From the NCBI GenBank assembly GCA_023205875.1, contig CP060767.1, positions 496,001 through 560,000 of the forward strand: DNA of 64,000 bases, in the 5' to 3' direction. Position 1 is the first letter of the stretch. Every line of letters starts with the position of its first letter. This stretch comes from Chloropicon primus (lineage: Eukaryota). Below, in pieces: positions 38,946-51,114 of the stretch. The translations under genes and the position numbers were made by a program. The notes under the pieces are model-generated. The model did not search any database. It worked only from the letters and a program-made list of their open reading frames with translations, and was not told where the DNA came from.

Positions 38946-39466
38946 CTTGATCTCTACAGCTTTGGAATTACAGCACATCATTTACATTATTTGGTTGTTA
39001 TGTTATACTGTTATAAAAATAAGTTAGTCGGGTGGTAGCATCTTCTTCTCCCTGTGTGTACCTCTAGAGGACATGGATATCATCCAAAGATTTTCCTTAT
39101 CTTTGAGGAAAGTAACGCACCAACCACCCTCTCAAGGGATGTTGTCCATCTCCATGGAAACCAAGCCAAGGTCTGCCTCTCCCATGATGGAATGGAATGG
39201 ATCCTCATGCGTCCTCCCCTCCATCAAAGGCCTCTTCTCTTCTCCTCTCACTCTCATCACAATCATCCCCTCCAGGGAAGGGGAAAGCATCCGGCCAGAA
39301 CCGGAACCCTCGCGCGCGAGAGAGGGAGGGAGGGAGAGAGGAAGAGGGAGGGAGGGAGCGGCGAGGAAGGTGAAGAGGGAGAGGGGGAGGCGGAGGGAGG
39401 CCACGGTCGCGCGCTCCTTTCTTTCTTTTCCTTGCGCGTCGAAAGCCGGAAGCGTTGGACAGCGAG

Positions 39467-39473
39467 ACACACA

Positions 39474-39540
<67 letters not shown>
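39467..39540. repeat. Compound (CA)n(GA)n microsatellite directly upstream of the kinase ATG
   Basis: Directly visible. Confidence 0.95.
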
Positions 39541-39541
<1 letters not shown>

Positions 39542-39544
<3 letters not shown>

Positions 39545-42524
39545 AAGAGGTTTATGCGTTGGGCTGGTGGAGGGCAAGGAGACAGCGAGCGTCGTGACAG
39601 CAGCAGCGGAAGGAACACGAACCCCAACACGCCGTCGCCGAATTCGAACCAATATTCTTACAACGCGGAAGGGGATGCTTTTGCTGGACACTACAGTGCA
39701 CTCGCAGAGTCTCAACAGGACGCTCAGTCGTCCTTACCTCCTGACCCTTACCACCAGCATTACTCTCAGGCTCAGATCTTCCACCACCACAGGAGGACCG
39801 CCAGCAGAGACTCGTACGACTCATTCACAAAATATGGCGGAACACCAAACCAGAGCGACAACTTCCTCGTAAGTCACTCTTCACTTGACTTGACTTGACT
39901 TGACTTGACTTGACTTGACTTGACTTGACTTGACTTGCTTGAAAGGAGTCCAGAGGTCTTGACTGGAGTTGCCAGCACCAGAGGGCTTTGTGGATGGGTT
40001 TGGTTCCTTTGCTGACGGCTTTTGCTTTGCTTTGCTTTTTTTTTTCTGGGGGGGGATATTGGCTTGGCTTGGCTTGGCTTGTGTGTTTTGGTTTTGTGTG
40101 TAGTCGGACGAGGAGGAGTACCAGACGCAGCTTGCGTTGGCGATGAGCGTTTCGGAACAGGAGGCCAAGCAGAGGGACTCGATGAGAGATGGACTGCAAC
40201 CGGAGTCGCTGACGGACGGGACCATGTCCGGAAAGCGGGCGACGAACGCCCAAGAGCTTGTGGAGAAGTATTGGTACACGAGGAGGGTTCACTGCGACGA
40301 GAGTATACTCGATGGATTTTATGATTGCGTTGGGAACTTTGACTCTGTGCGAGGAGGAGAATTGTCACCGAGGGGGGGGAGAGACCCAGCAGACAGGGCA
40401 GGGAGCAGGCCAAGCAGCAGACAATCGGGTTCGAATCTTCACAAGACGACTTCAAAGGAACTTCCCAACTTGCAGAGGATACAAAGTGACATGGTGTATC
40501 TTTGCGCCTCGGTGGAGGGTATGGACGAGAGGGAGCTGCTTTTGGTGGACAGAAGGGTGGACGAGAAAATCGTGGCGCTAGCAAAGCAGGCCGAGGCCAT
40601 CAGCAGCAGCGGAGGAAGCCCCAAGGAGAAGGCAATCGCTTTGGGAGATCTTGTTGTTGCAAACATGGGAGGGCCAACGAATGGGACGGATGGAGTCGGG
40701 TACATGAGGCAGAGAAATAAGTGGCTTGGGTCCTCCCACCAAGCCAAGGACAACGCCAAATCGTACGTCGTGAAGCTGGGTGACCTCTCCTGTGGAATGT
40801 CAAGGCACAGGGCCCTCTTGTACAAAGTCTTGAGCGAGGAGGTCCAAGGGTTGGGATGCCAGCTGGTGAAAGGGTGCTTCTACTACACGGACAATGACTC
40901 GGATAGCTTGACCGGAGCCCCCCTACTTGCGGAAGACGAGGCCAAGCCAGCGGAGGGCGAGGGCGAGCCGCAGCTGAATTTGCAGGCCACTTTTGCAGGC
41001 CTGCAGCTGCAGGCACCGACACCACCTTCCGCGCCCGAGGTGGACACGTCTCCATATAGCGTTTCCGTTGGAAAGGACTGCGACAACGGAAGCGTCGTGG
41101 TACAGTGTGACGGGGACCACTACGTTGTCGATCTCATGTCTCAGCCTGTGGAGCTGATACAGTTGCCCAGCAGCGACAAATTCGATACCTTGGGTTGTAC
41201 GAGATCAAGCAGTCGGGGGGCACTGAGGAGCACTTTGGAATCGGGAACGTCCAGCCTTTCTGATCGGTCCTGGGTCCAGCAGGAGCTCGAGGCAACGTCT
41301 CAGCTGGTTTCCACCATCGAAAGTCTGATGAGGACGAACAGCATGAAGGACAGTGGGAGGGATCCTGGTGGGAAGGGGACGGCTGACCCTAAGGGTGTGC
41401 AAAAGTCGCAGAGCAATCGTCAGCACGACGCGCTGGACGAGCTTCTGAAGAGGAACAACAGGACCAGCAGCAGTGGTGAAGGCAGCAGCAACAACAGCGG
41501 CACCCTTTCCAGCGGCGGTGGGCATGTGGACATGGGGACCAGCACGGACACATCCAAGAGCGATGCGACCCAAGGCGGTTTACCGAAGAATCAAGGTCAG
41601 GCAGAAGGCAAGGAGAAGGACAGCGCGCAAACTCAATTGAGCATTGATATTATTAAAGAGAGTGTGGGCGTCTCGGACGGAGATAGCCAGTGGAACATCA
41701 AGGTCGAAGACGTGACGTTTGGGGACAGAGTGGGCATCGGTTCCTTTGGCGAAGTGTATCGAGGAATGTGGAGAGGCACTGAAGTTGCGGTCAAGAAGCT
41801 CATTGACCAGGACATCACTGAAGAATCAAAGCAAGAATTTCTTGGAGAGGTCTCGATCATGAGACGGCTCAGGCACCCGAACATCGTTCTATTTATGGGT
41901 GTTATTACGAGCAGGGACAACTTGGCCATCGTCACCGAGTTCTTGCCGAGGGGAAGTCTCTTCAAGCTCCTGCACCGATCTGGGATCCAGCTGGACCTCC
42001 GGAGGAGACTCCGAATGGCCGAGGATGTCGCGAAAGGCATGCACTACTTGCACACGTGCAATCCAATGATCGTGCACAGGGACCTGAAGTCGCCAAACTT
42101 GCTTGTGGACAGGAATTGGTGCGTAAAGGTCACGGATTTTGGCTTGTCTAGGATGAAGCATTCCACCTTTTTGAGCACAAAATCCAATGCGGGCACTCCG
42201 GAGTGGATGGCACCAGAGGTGCTCCGAAGCGAGCCCGCGAACGAGAAGTCGGACATCTATTCTTATGGCATCATACTGTACGAGTTGATCACGGGAAAGA
42301 TCCCATGGGAAGGCCTCAACGCGATGCAGGTCGTCGGTGCGGTGGCGTTCCAGGACAAGAGGCTCAACGTTCCCGAAGGCATCGACGAGGAAGTGAAGGA
42401 GCTCATGCAGAACTGCTGGAGGGGCGACCCCTCCAAGAGACCAAGCTTCGAGGAGATTCTCAAAGCTCTCCGAGTGGTCATCAAGCGCACCCCTGTCCCC
42501 ACAAGAAAGGTAACTCCCACCTGA
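39542..42524 (+). CDS. EDR1/CTR1-like Raf-type MAPKKK (exons 39542-39868, 40104-42524)
   Basis: A GT-AG intron at 39869-40103 gives 'SDEEEYQTQLALAMSVS'. EDR1 domain 'GMSRHRALLYKVL'. Kinase motifs 'GIGSFGEVY', 'HRDLKSPNLLV', 'DFGLSR', 'GTPEWMAPE'. Confidence 0.92.
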
Positions 42525-42778
42525 AAAGAAGGGAAGTAATTATTCATATTATTTTGAAATTGAGCTCTTCCTTCGGCTTATACTTCCGACGCTCTTGTTC
42601 AAGAAAGGGAAACCCTTTTCGCCGATTACAGAAAACCGCTTAAAAACATTCTTTGTTGCCCCTGCTGCGAGAACTTGTAGCGAGCACAAGGGAAGGGCCC
42701 CAACCCATTCATTGTCTCCGGGCAAACGCACAGCCAAAGCGATTCGCACGCCGTTACCATTCGCCTCCTCGCCACCGC

Positions 42779-43584
42779 TTAGTCGTCAGCGAAAGGATAT
42801 TCCTCGTTGATGTACTCGAGCAGCTTCATGTGAAGCTCAAACCTCTCGTCACCCTTCAGCGGATCTTTCGATATCAAGACTTCCACCTTCATGGAGACTT
42901 GCTCAAGGGCCCCCCGAATGACGCCGCAGAGCAAGTTGCAGTAGCTCAAGGGCTCCAGCTTCTCCGGCAGCTCGACAAAATCAATCAACGGGTTGTCGTT
43001 CAAAACCTGCAAAGGGGGAAGGAGGAGGAACAAGTGGCCGCCGCTCGTGTCAGTACTCTGAGGTGAACGACGGACGCCGCCGGCAGAGAGAGAGAGAGAC
43101 CTACCATTTTGCATTCCTTGTCACCTATCTGAGTCACTTTGGCGTCTATGCCGAGGAACATTTTGAAACCCGTGTCAGCAATCGTCTTCACGGCCTCCTT
43201 GAAGTTCCTGCACCTGGTCGTGTTCGTCTTGGCCAAGAAATCATCCACAAGCCTCACTCCTATGTTCTGTCCCATCCTGTCCAGCTGCTTGTTCACTTCC
43301 TCTGGCGACTCCAAATCCAGGAGAAGATGCCGAACGAGCGCTCCGTACGTCAAAGTAAACAATTCAGAGTTCTTTCACACGCAACACGATCAGACACCGT
43401 TCCATCCATGCAGAGCAAGCGACGAACATGGGGGTTAGGTCTTGGTTCTAGGTTGATGGGTCATCCCCTCTCTCCTTCGTGTTTCTCCCGAAAGGGACAC
43501 GAAAAAACGATTGCCAATGCGAATTACTTGACCTACGATTCTTTCTCCTGCGACGGAGGATGCCACCTTCCCCTTGGACGACAT
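42779..43584 (-). CDS. BET3: TRAPP complex subunit BET3/TRAPPC3 (3 exons)
   Basis: 'NSELFTLTYGALV...VNKQLDRMGQNIGVRLVDDFLA', 'GFKMFLG', 'DNPLIDFVELP...YCNLLCGVIRGALEQV'. GT-AG introns at ~43008-43105 and ~43372-43536. Confidence 0.9.
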
Positions 43585-44984
43585 CGCTTCACCTCCTTTC
43601 CTCGTTGTAGGGCTTCGTCTCCTGCTCCTCTAGTCGTGAAAAAATCTTCTCTTGTCAGCGATAAAAAACGCATCACGGAGCCAACGCCTTCGTGCGACCA
43701 CTTAAACGAAAGAGCTCGAGATTATCTTTCCATCGACCCCTGCCTCGACCGATCCTCTTCTCTTCGTCGTCTTCGGCGTCGCGTTGAAGTTGAAGTTCAC
43801 TCACTCACCCTCGTGCTCCGCCCAGCCTCAGCCTGCTTTGCTTTGAGAGGAAGGGCGAACGGCGGAGTACCAGAGAGAAGCCACCTTGTTGGGGACCGTG
43901 ACGGCGAAGAAGGTGACAAGAGGGGAAGAGGAAGGTGTCAAACGAAGATTTGTCTCATAAGCTTTCCAACGATACCTTGATCGACCCATTTGGTGCTCAG
44001 ATTGGTCGAGGCATCGACTGGGAGGACGGAAAGGGAAGGGAAAAGCATCCAAGAGGCCACCTTGTCGAGGACGGTGACGGCGAGTGAAGGTGACGAGAGG
44101 GGAAGAGGAAGGTGTCAAACGAAGCGTTGTCTCGCGGTTATTCGGTGGAGTACCCGCACGCCTGGTTTGACGCTCGAATTGGTCGAGAGGACGCGGAGAG
44201 AGCTGAGAGAGCAAGAGAAGCGAGGCAGGGGAGAAGGGGGTGGGTGAGGACGGCCAGCCTCGAGAGCCAAGGGGAGAGACCTCGAGAGGCGTGTTGGGTG
44301 GAGTGAGTCGGGGGCGGGAGGGAAGAGGTTTCGAGAATTGTGCCGCCTGTTTCGAGTTTTTTGCCGAGCGGAGAGGTGGTGACTCATGACTGGTGGTCTG
44401 AGTGGCAAGGTGTGCTACTGTGGTGCCAGAGAGGAAGGCGTGTTGCTTGCGAAGACCAAGACGTATAAGCTCCACAGAATGCGTAACGTTGCAATGAGGG
44501 AAAAGGTAGCGGAGAAGGCAAACACGAACTTGAATGCTTACTTTATGGTGGCAAAGGAAAGAAACAGCAGCGTCGCGCTGCTGGAGGGGAGAGCCGAGGT
44601 AAGCCCAGCAGGCCAAGAGGAGGAAAGGTAAGGTGTCGACGACGAAACCGCCTCAAATTGTATCCTCTCTCTCCCTCAGCCACTTTCTTTGCGTGACTGA
44701 CCGCTATTCGTTAGCCAGTAGAAGGTCAGACGTGCTCACAGTGCCAGGGTCTGGGAAAGTGTGACTGCTTTCACTGCCAGGGTCTGGGAAGAGCGAACTA
44801 CACGAGCACGGCCGTGCTGCCCCGAGGGACGTACCCCGTCTGGTGCGCGGAGTGCGGAGGCGGCGGTGTCGTCTATTGCTTCAAGTGTCAAGGGACGGGA
44901 AAGAAGCTCTTCGCGGAAGGGATTGGTTTTCGTTTACCCCACGACGACGAGCTGAAGGACCCTTGAGCGGCGACGGGCGTCATC

Positions 44985-45581
44985 ATGGCTTCCGAAGACG
45001 AAGACGATGGGATTGGCAGGGAGGTCGACCCGCTGGCAAGCGATCTCATGGGGAACGCTCCTAGTGACAACGGCCTGGTTCTGAGGCTGGTGCTGGAGCA
45101 GTTGGCAAAGCACAGGAAGCCGACGATTCTGGATGATCCCGGTGACCGATGCGGCCAGCAGGTCAACGCCTTCGCGGCAAAGGACTTTCTGTCCTGCGCT
45201 ATGACCTGCAAGAGGTGGAACGCCCTGACGGAAGAGTTCCTTTTCAAGCCGGTCTGCCAATCGTTTGGCTGGAGACCGCCCAGAAGGCCAAGGCATCAAG
45301 TATCAAGAGGAACAGATGTCGTGGGCGGCGCGTGGACGCAGCTGTACATCAATCACGCTTGCAGCTTTTGCTACGAGCTCGGGGAGTTTCCCGTCAGGAA
45401 CCAAGGCGTGATCCGGAATTGCAGCCAGCTCTTCTTGATCTGCCTCGAGTGCACCAAGAGAACGAAAGTGATCAACCATTTGATCTCGAAGGGCCTGAGG
45501 GTCGATCTCGAGAGTCTGCACGGCAGGCGCCTGTTGGACAACGACGCCAAGTCGAAGAAGAGAAAGAGGAGACGGCGGTGA
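44985..45581 (+). CDS. Small F-box-like protein with two CxxC pairs and a basic C-terminus
   Basis: 'KDFLSCAMTCKRWNAL...LFKPVC' is F-box-like. Also CSFC, CLEC and KKRKRRRR. Confidence 0.55.
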   Translation: MASEDEDDGIGREVDPLASDLMGNAPSDNGLVLRLVLEQLAKHRKPTILDDPGDRCGQQVNAFAAKDFLSCAMTCKRWNALTEEFLFKPVCQSFGWRPPRRPRHQVSRGTDVVGGAWTQLYINHACSFCYELGEFPVRNQGVIRNCSQLFLICLECTKRTKVINHLISKGLRVDLESLHGRRLLDNDAKSKKRKRRRR

Positions 45582-45645
45582 CGAAAAGAACGCGAATAAA
45601 GAATAATGTGATTTAGTCTTTTAGGCTGCTCAGCGTGCATGTCGT

Positions 45646-46748
45646 TCATTTCAATTCATCCTGAGTGACTTGCTCTGCCTTGGCCAGAGTGTCGTTCGTG
45701 CAAAACATGAGGCTAACCATTGCCCTTCGGTCAAAGAACGGCCTGTGAGATTTGAACTGAACGGCGTTGAACGCTTCCATGCTGGAGGAGAATTTGACCA
45801 GAAACTTTTTGGTCAGAGACTTCCCTCTCCCCCCCCCCTGAGTCCCTCCGTAACCCACCCTCTGCTTCTCCTTGAGCTCCTGGATCCCCGTGTTGCACAC
45901 AATGTTGTACCCGCGGAAAAAGTCCTTCACATCCAGCCAGGTCGTGTCATCCGGCACGTTCGTCAGGCTCACGTACTCGTTTCCGTCTGGCAGCACGCAC
46001 TCCGTCTCGGACACCATGCTCTGGGCCTGCGTTGCGCTCAGTGACCTCGTTTGGCACTGCAAGAGGCCCAAGCCTTTCCCTTGCAACTTTGCCAGCGCAT
46101 CCGATGGGTTTTTCAGGGGCACGTACCAGGAAACGACGTCGAGGGAATTGTTCAATCGCACCCTCAGCGGCTCGTGGCTCGCAAAGGCGACGCCATTCTC
46201 AGACAAAAACTTGCGAACGTCCTGCAAAGTCGTCGCGTAGGAGACGAGAGAAGGTGGTGTGCGTTAGTCATACGGCGCGCCCCAAAAGCAGAAAAGACTC
46301 CGCGTGAACTTACCAAGGGAAACACGGCCTTGGGAAGGTCCGACAATTCGATCCACTTTGTTCCAGGCATCTGCAAGGGAACCTCATCCTTGTCCACCCC
46401 CTCCTGGGCTGTGGAGAGCGTCTGGGCCTCCGCGGCCTCGCCACTGTCGAGCTCTTCCTCGAGCTCCCTCCTCAGCGATATGGCTTCCTCCTTGTCCATC
46501 TGCTCCTCCGATGATCCCGTCCCCTCGCCATCCCTCTCGCTCCCTTCCTCCGGACCCGAAGCGAACGAGCGATGCCAACCAACTCCGTGGCTCCACCCTT
46601 GGTCCTCCCTTCCCATGGGACAAGACCTCTGCATGAGGTGGCAAACGACTCGACGCTCGCCACCGCTAGGCACTTTTCTCAAACCTTGCAAGGTCGACGC
46701 CAGCCTCATCACTCGAGAGGCTGCCCTTCCCACATCCCTCGCACTCAT
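45646..46748 (-). CDS. Two-RRM-like protein with a probable mitochondrial presequence (exons 46314-46748, 45646-46221)
   Basis: A GT-AG intron at 46222-46313 joins 'WIELSDLPKAVFPL' to 'DVRKFL'. Second RRM 'VSLTNVPDDTTWLDVKDFFRGY...FLVKFSSSMEAFNAV'. Arg-rich N-terminus. Confidence 0.7.
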
Positions 46749-47436
46749 TTTGCCTCCCTCTCGTCACTTGCTCTCCTCTTCTCCATCCATTCAGGCAGAA
46801 AACAAACCCAATGCCCAATGCCCAATGCCTCTGTCAGTCTCTCAATGACTCGTTCCGGCGTCGATCCTGACGATCGAGGTGTCCACGGAAAGATAAAAAC
46901 ACGATACTTCCTTCTGTATGATCGACATCCTCTTCCTCTCTCGTTATCGACCTCAAACACTCACCTCTTTCCTCTCCTCTGTCTCCCTTTCTGCTCCAAA
47001 CTCCCTGGGTTCCCTTCCTCAAATCCTCAAAACGCAACCAAATCTTTCCAGCGAGGTGTCTACGGAAAGACAAAAACACGATGCTCGTTCCTATCGCTAC
47101 GTGATGCCCTAAAACGCCCGCACTCGAGCTCAGCCTCGTCCGCAATCCTCGCCCCTTCTTCCAAGTTTGAGGCGGCTCTAAACCTAATTTCATTTCACCA
47201 GTAAAGGGAAGGAAAGGATAACGCACCAAAGCAGAGCAGAGGAGAGCAGAGCAGAGGAGAGGAGAGGACAAGATGGATGCAAGTGGGATGGCACGGTATG
47301 GCTTGGCTTGGCTTGGCTCCTGATGAGGTAGCCCAAGCCTTGAAGCATCGAAATGAAACCTAGGTTCAACAAAAGGTATCAAGAAGTGTGTGTGTGTGTG
47401 TGTGTGTGCGTGCGTGCTACAAACATGGCGTGTGGT

Positions 47437-48756
47437 TTACTTGCCCATGAAACCTTTGAAAGTATCCTTGATGGATTTGGTGAAGTTCTTCTGCTGACCC
47501 TTCTTCTCCTTGTTCAGGGTCGTATTGAAGGTCTTTTTAATCGTCCCCATCACCATGTCAGTCATGCCGGTCACCGCGTTCTTTACGGTTCTCATGGTTC
47601 CCGCGCTGCCACCGTCCCACTTGACGACCTTTTCCGCCGCCTTCTTCAGACTCTCGTCCCAATCCTTCTTGTCCTCCGAAGTCTCAAACTTGAAGATGTG
47701 GATCTTGTCCCCTGTCCTGCCCCCAGGGCCTTCTTTGATGTAGGTGCAGAGCTTCTGGGCATCCTTCGGGATGGCTTCCTTCGCCTTGCCCTTGATCATG
47801 GACTGAGCCTTGAGGTTCGCACCTTTGAGGATGAGAGCCTTTGGTTCGTCTCCCTCCTTCGGACCGTCGGTTCCTTCGGCTTCCGAATACTTCAGGACAT
47901 AACCCAATTCCTGGTCCAGGCACAACACGACCCACCTCTCTCTGAACGCCTTGGTCACGTCACCGCGTTTCTTCAACAAGCCTTCCTTGAACAAGGGGAC
48001 GTCGTCCTCCGCAGGTTGCACCTCACCCGAAGACACCTCGACGGCTTCATCATACGTTGGTGGTGGTTGTGACTCCTCGGTTTCCTCCTCCTCATGCTTT
48101 TCTTCCTCTTTTTCTTCTTGTGCTTGACAACAGCCCTGTTGCTGTTCCTCTTGCTCGTTGGCTTGCGGCGGGGCCCCCTGCAAACTCAATCCTGAAAGTA
48201 GGCCGCCCACCTTGGCTGCGTCCTTCTCGGCCTTCTCCTTGGCTTTCTGCGCATCCAAGGCCGCCTTCTGGGCCGCCTTCTCTGCGTCCTTCTCGGCCTT
48301 CAGCCTGGCTTTCTCAGCGTCCTTTTCTGCTTTTAGCCTGGCCTTCTCGGCATCTTTCTCAGCCTTTTCCCTCTCCTTCTCCGCATCCAAGGCCGCCTTC
48401 TGGGCCGCCTTCTCTGCGTCCTTCTCGGCCTTCAGCCTGGCTTTCTCAGCGTCCTTTTCTGCTTTTAGCCTGGCCTTCTCGGCATCTTTCTCAGCCTTTT
48501 CCCTCTCCTTCTCCGCCTTCTTCTCCGCCATCAGCTTGGCTTTCTCTTCCTTTTTCCTCTCCATTTCAGCACGCTTGGCTGCTTGCTCCTCTTCGTACTG
48601 CCTCTGCTGCTCTGCCACCAACCTCTCTTTGGCCTCCTGCTCAGCTTTCTCAAGCTTCTCCATGAATCCTTCGCAGAATCCTTCCACCAGGCCTGCCTGC
48701 TTCATCCAGTCGGCCACTGGCCTTGGATCAGGCACTGATACTCCTGGCTCGTCCAT
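47437..48756 (-). CDS. PH-domain protein with an E/K/A-rich coiled coil containing a 120-bp tandem duplication
   Basis: PH 'KEGLLKKRGDVTKAFRERWVVL...HIFKFETSEDKKDWDESL'. AEKDAEKARLK repeats. An upstream exon is possible. Confidence 0.75.
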   Translation of the reverse strand: MDEPGVSVPDPRPVADWMKQAGLVEGFCEGFMEKLEKAEQEAKERLVAEQQRQYEEEQAAKRAEMERKKEEKAKLMAEKKAEKEREKAEKDAEKARLKAEKDAEKARLKAEKDAEKAAQKAALDAEKEREKAEKDAEKARLKAEKDAEKARLKAEKDAEKAAQKAALDAQKAKEKAEKDAAKVGGLLSGLSLQGAPPQANEQEEQQQGCCQAQEEKEEEKHEEEETEESQPPPTYDEAVEVSSGEVQPAEDDVPLFKEGLLKKRGDVTKAFRERWVVLCLDQELGYVLKYSEAEGTDGPKEGDEPKALILKGANLKAQSMIKGKAKEAIPKDAQKLCTYIKEGPGGRTGDKIHIFKFETSEDKKDWDESLKKAAEKVVKWDGGSAGTMRTVKNAVTGMTDMVMGTIKKTFNTTLNKEKKGQQKNFTKSIKDTFKGFMGK

Positions 48757-50143
48757 TGGACTCCAAGTCCTCCACTCTCTGCTCTCAAAACTTCACAAGG
48801 CGTCCAGTCCAGCAGACACGACTCACAAAACCAAACCACTCGACGAGTCCCTTCCCTTGGAGACAAAACTTCGCACAGGAGATGCTGCTGGGTGCCAAGA
48901 CAAGCCTTCCCGAGTCCCTGCAGTGCCGGTCCTTGCCCAAAGGTCCGGCCTTTGACACGTCTACCGCTTATCTTGGAGAGTCCTTTCTCCAAACGCTAGT
49001 ATGCACTCTTGGAGTACTGAGCGTCTACCGAACACAAGGCAAAGTTTGGGGGATCAATGGAAAGCTCGGGAGAAGGCCTATCAATTCCACGGGGCTGTCC
49101 TACCAAAGTTTCTCCCAACCAGGGACCACCTCAACGCTTTCCTTTCTTCGTCCAACGCCAAAACGCTTCCTCCTCGGTCCAACTTTTACTGGAAACGACA
49201 GGAAATCGGCAGGATGGACGACGTTGATGTGGAGACGAGAGGAGAGGAATTTTTACATCTGGCTGGACAGGTCCTCCTCGGGGATGGGGAGGAGGACTGC
49301 CTGTGGATCACCTTTGCTTTGCTTTGCTTTGCGTCCGTTCTGCTGCTTTGCTCTCTCGGTTTTTCTCAGGGTTTTCTGCCTAGAGGTTGGTTTGGATTCT
49401 GTGCAGCTTCACATCATCCTATCTCAAACACAACAAGACTCTATCCACAGGATTACTTGACGATTAAAGCGCTAATACATGTAGCCAAAGTTCTCAGGAC
49501 CGACCACAAGGTGACCCTTTCTTGTGATCGGCAAAGGTTTCCCTTTCTTGCAACAGCATGGCGAAAAAGATGGATGGCGTGTTACAACGAGGGGCAAATG
49601 CTTCGAGCAGGAAGGGAGGACGAGACCCTGTGAGGAGGCAAGTATAAGGCCGACATTATTTCAGTCCCTCCTCTGGCGCCTCTCCAGCACCTTCCCAGGA
49701 ACTGCCTTTGCCAAAGGAAGAGTTCATATCACCACAACATCGAAACTTTACCTGGAGGAGGGAGACGAGCACGGCACACGTCAGTCAGCTTGCGAGATCG
49801 AGAGGAGAGCGGGACGGTCGAATAGCAGGACCTTCTTCTCGGGAAGTGGGACCTCTTCCCACCAAACCGGAATCATCAAGCCGCCCGCGGGAACTCACCG
49901 TGGCAATAATCATGTACGCAAAGGAGTCGCTCCATTCGCCATCATCGCAGCACTCATGACCTCTCCATCTCGGACAGAAGCTTCTGCGGAAGGAAACCAG
50001 CCACAGAACGAGTCAGGACAGTGCAAGTGCAGTGGGGTTAGTCCTCTCTCCCTGTGCCAACGCAAAGTGAGGGAACCCAAGACGAAAGAGGATGCCAGGC
50101 AACTCAACTCGGATGGACGGAGAATCTTTCTCATCGTGAACTG

Positions 50144-50180
<37 letters not shown>

Positions 50181-50211
50181 ACACTCACTCACTCACTCAC
50201 TCACCTCTCTT

Positions 50212-50594
50212 CTACTGCTGGATGGCTTTGCCAACAGCATTCAATATTTTTTCAATCTTCTCTTGAGAGTCCACGTAACCGTCGCCGTTCTTCTTGCTAT
50301 GCACGAGTTCCTGCGTGTCCTCGATGAAGACCTCCAACCAACCCGTCGCTTCAGGCGTCCCGTACCCCTCTATCTCAATATCATTCCCAGGATACTTGGA
50401 CCGAATAGCATTGCAGATGCTAACAAAGAGAGAGAGTGACAAGTCAAGTCAGCACCAAGAAGAAGAAGAAGAGAAGAAGAAGAAGAAGAAGAAGAAGAAG
50501 AAGAAGGGAAGGGGTTTGTTGGGTTTCATTCTTACGCCTTATACTTGCTGAAGTACCCTCAGGCACCGCAGTACGTTATCTTCAGCTTCACCAT
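50212..50594 (-). CDS. SELENOW: Selenoprotein W (Rdx family), with TGA at 50559-50561 read as Sec (exons 50536-50594, 50212-50419)
   Basis: MVKLKITYCGA-U-GYFSKYK gives a CxxU motif. A GT-AG intron at 50420-50535 leads to 'GTPEATGWLEV...LVHSKKNGDGYVD'. Confidence 0.9.
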
Positions 50595-51114
50595 CTCGCT
50601 TCTCTCGCTTTCGCTTCTCTCTCGCGCTGTTCTGGGTTTTCTAGGAGAGGAAACTGAGGCTGGAGAACATGATGGGATGGAGGGAGGGAGGGAGGGATGG
50701 AGGGATGGGCAGGGGGCTTGGACATTGTTCCTTACTGTTGGTACTGCTACTGTCTCCCTCTGGCTTCTCGCTTCTCGCTTCTCGCTTCTCGCTTCTCTCT
50801 CTTGCGAGATGAGGAGATGATAAAAGGGAGAGGAGGTTCACCGCTGGCTGAGAGGGAAGAGGGGAAGACGAGGACGCGACAGAGGTAGATCTCTCTGGTT
50901 CTCCGCCTGCGCATGGATGAATGATTGCCGGACATGATTGTGTCCATCTCTCTCCGTGACTGGTAACTGCACAGCGTACTCCATATTATACTCTATCACA
51001 CACACACACAAAAAAACAAAAAATTGTGAACCTAAAACTGAAAAAACCAGCAGCGCAGTGCACGCCTCGCGCTCGAATGCCCCAGTGGTTCCGCAAAGAA
51101 TGAAAAAAGGCGCC

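Noticed and set aside
44386..44631. 81-aa ORF with possible GTAAG donors upstream of the F-box-like gene
   Set aside because: I recognise no homology and could not establish a supported splice to 44985.
48723..50144. Plus-strand ORFs of 206-245 aa
   Set aside because: They have no recognisable motifs, include microsatellite-derived sequence, and probably overlap the SelW 3'UTR and the PH-gene upstream region.
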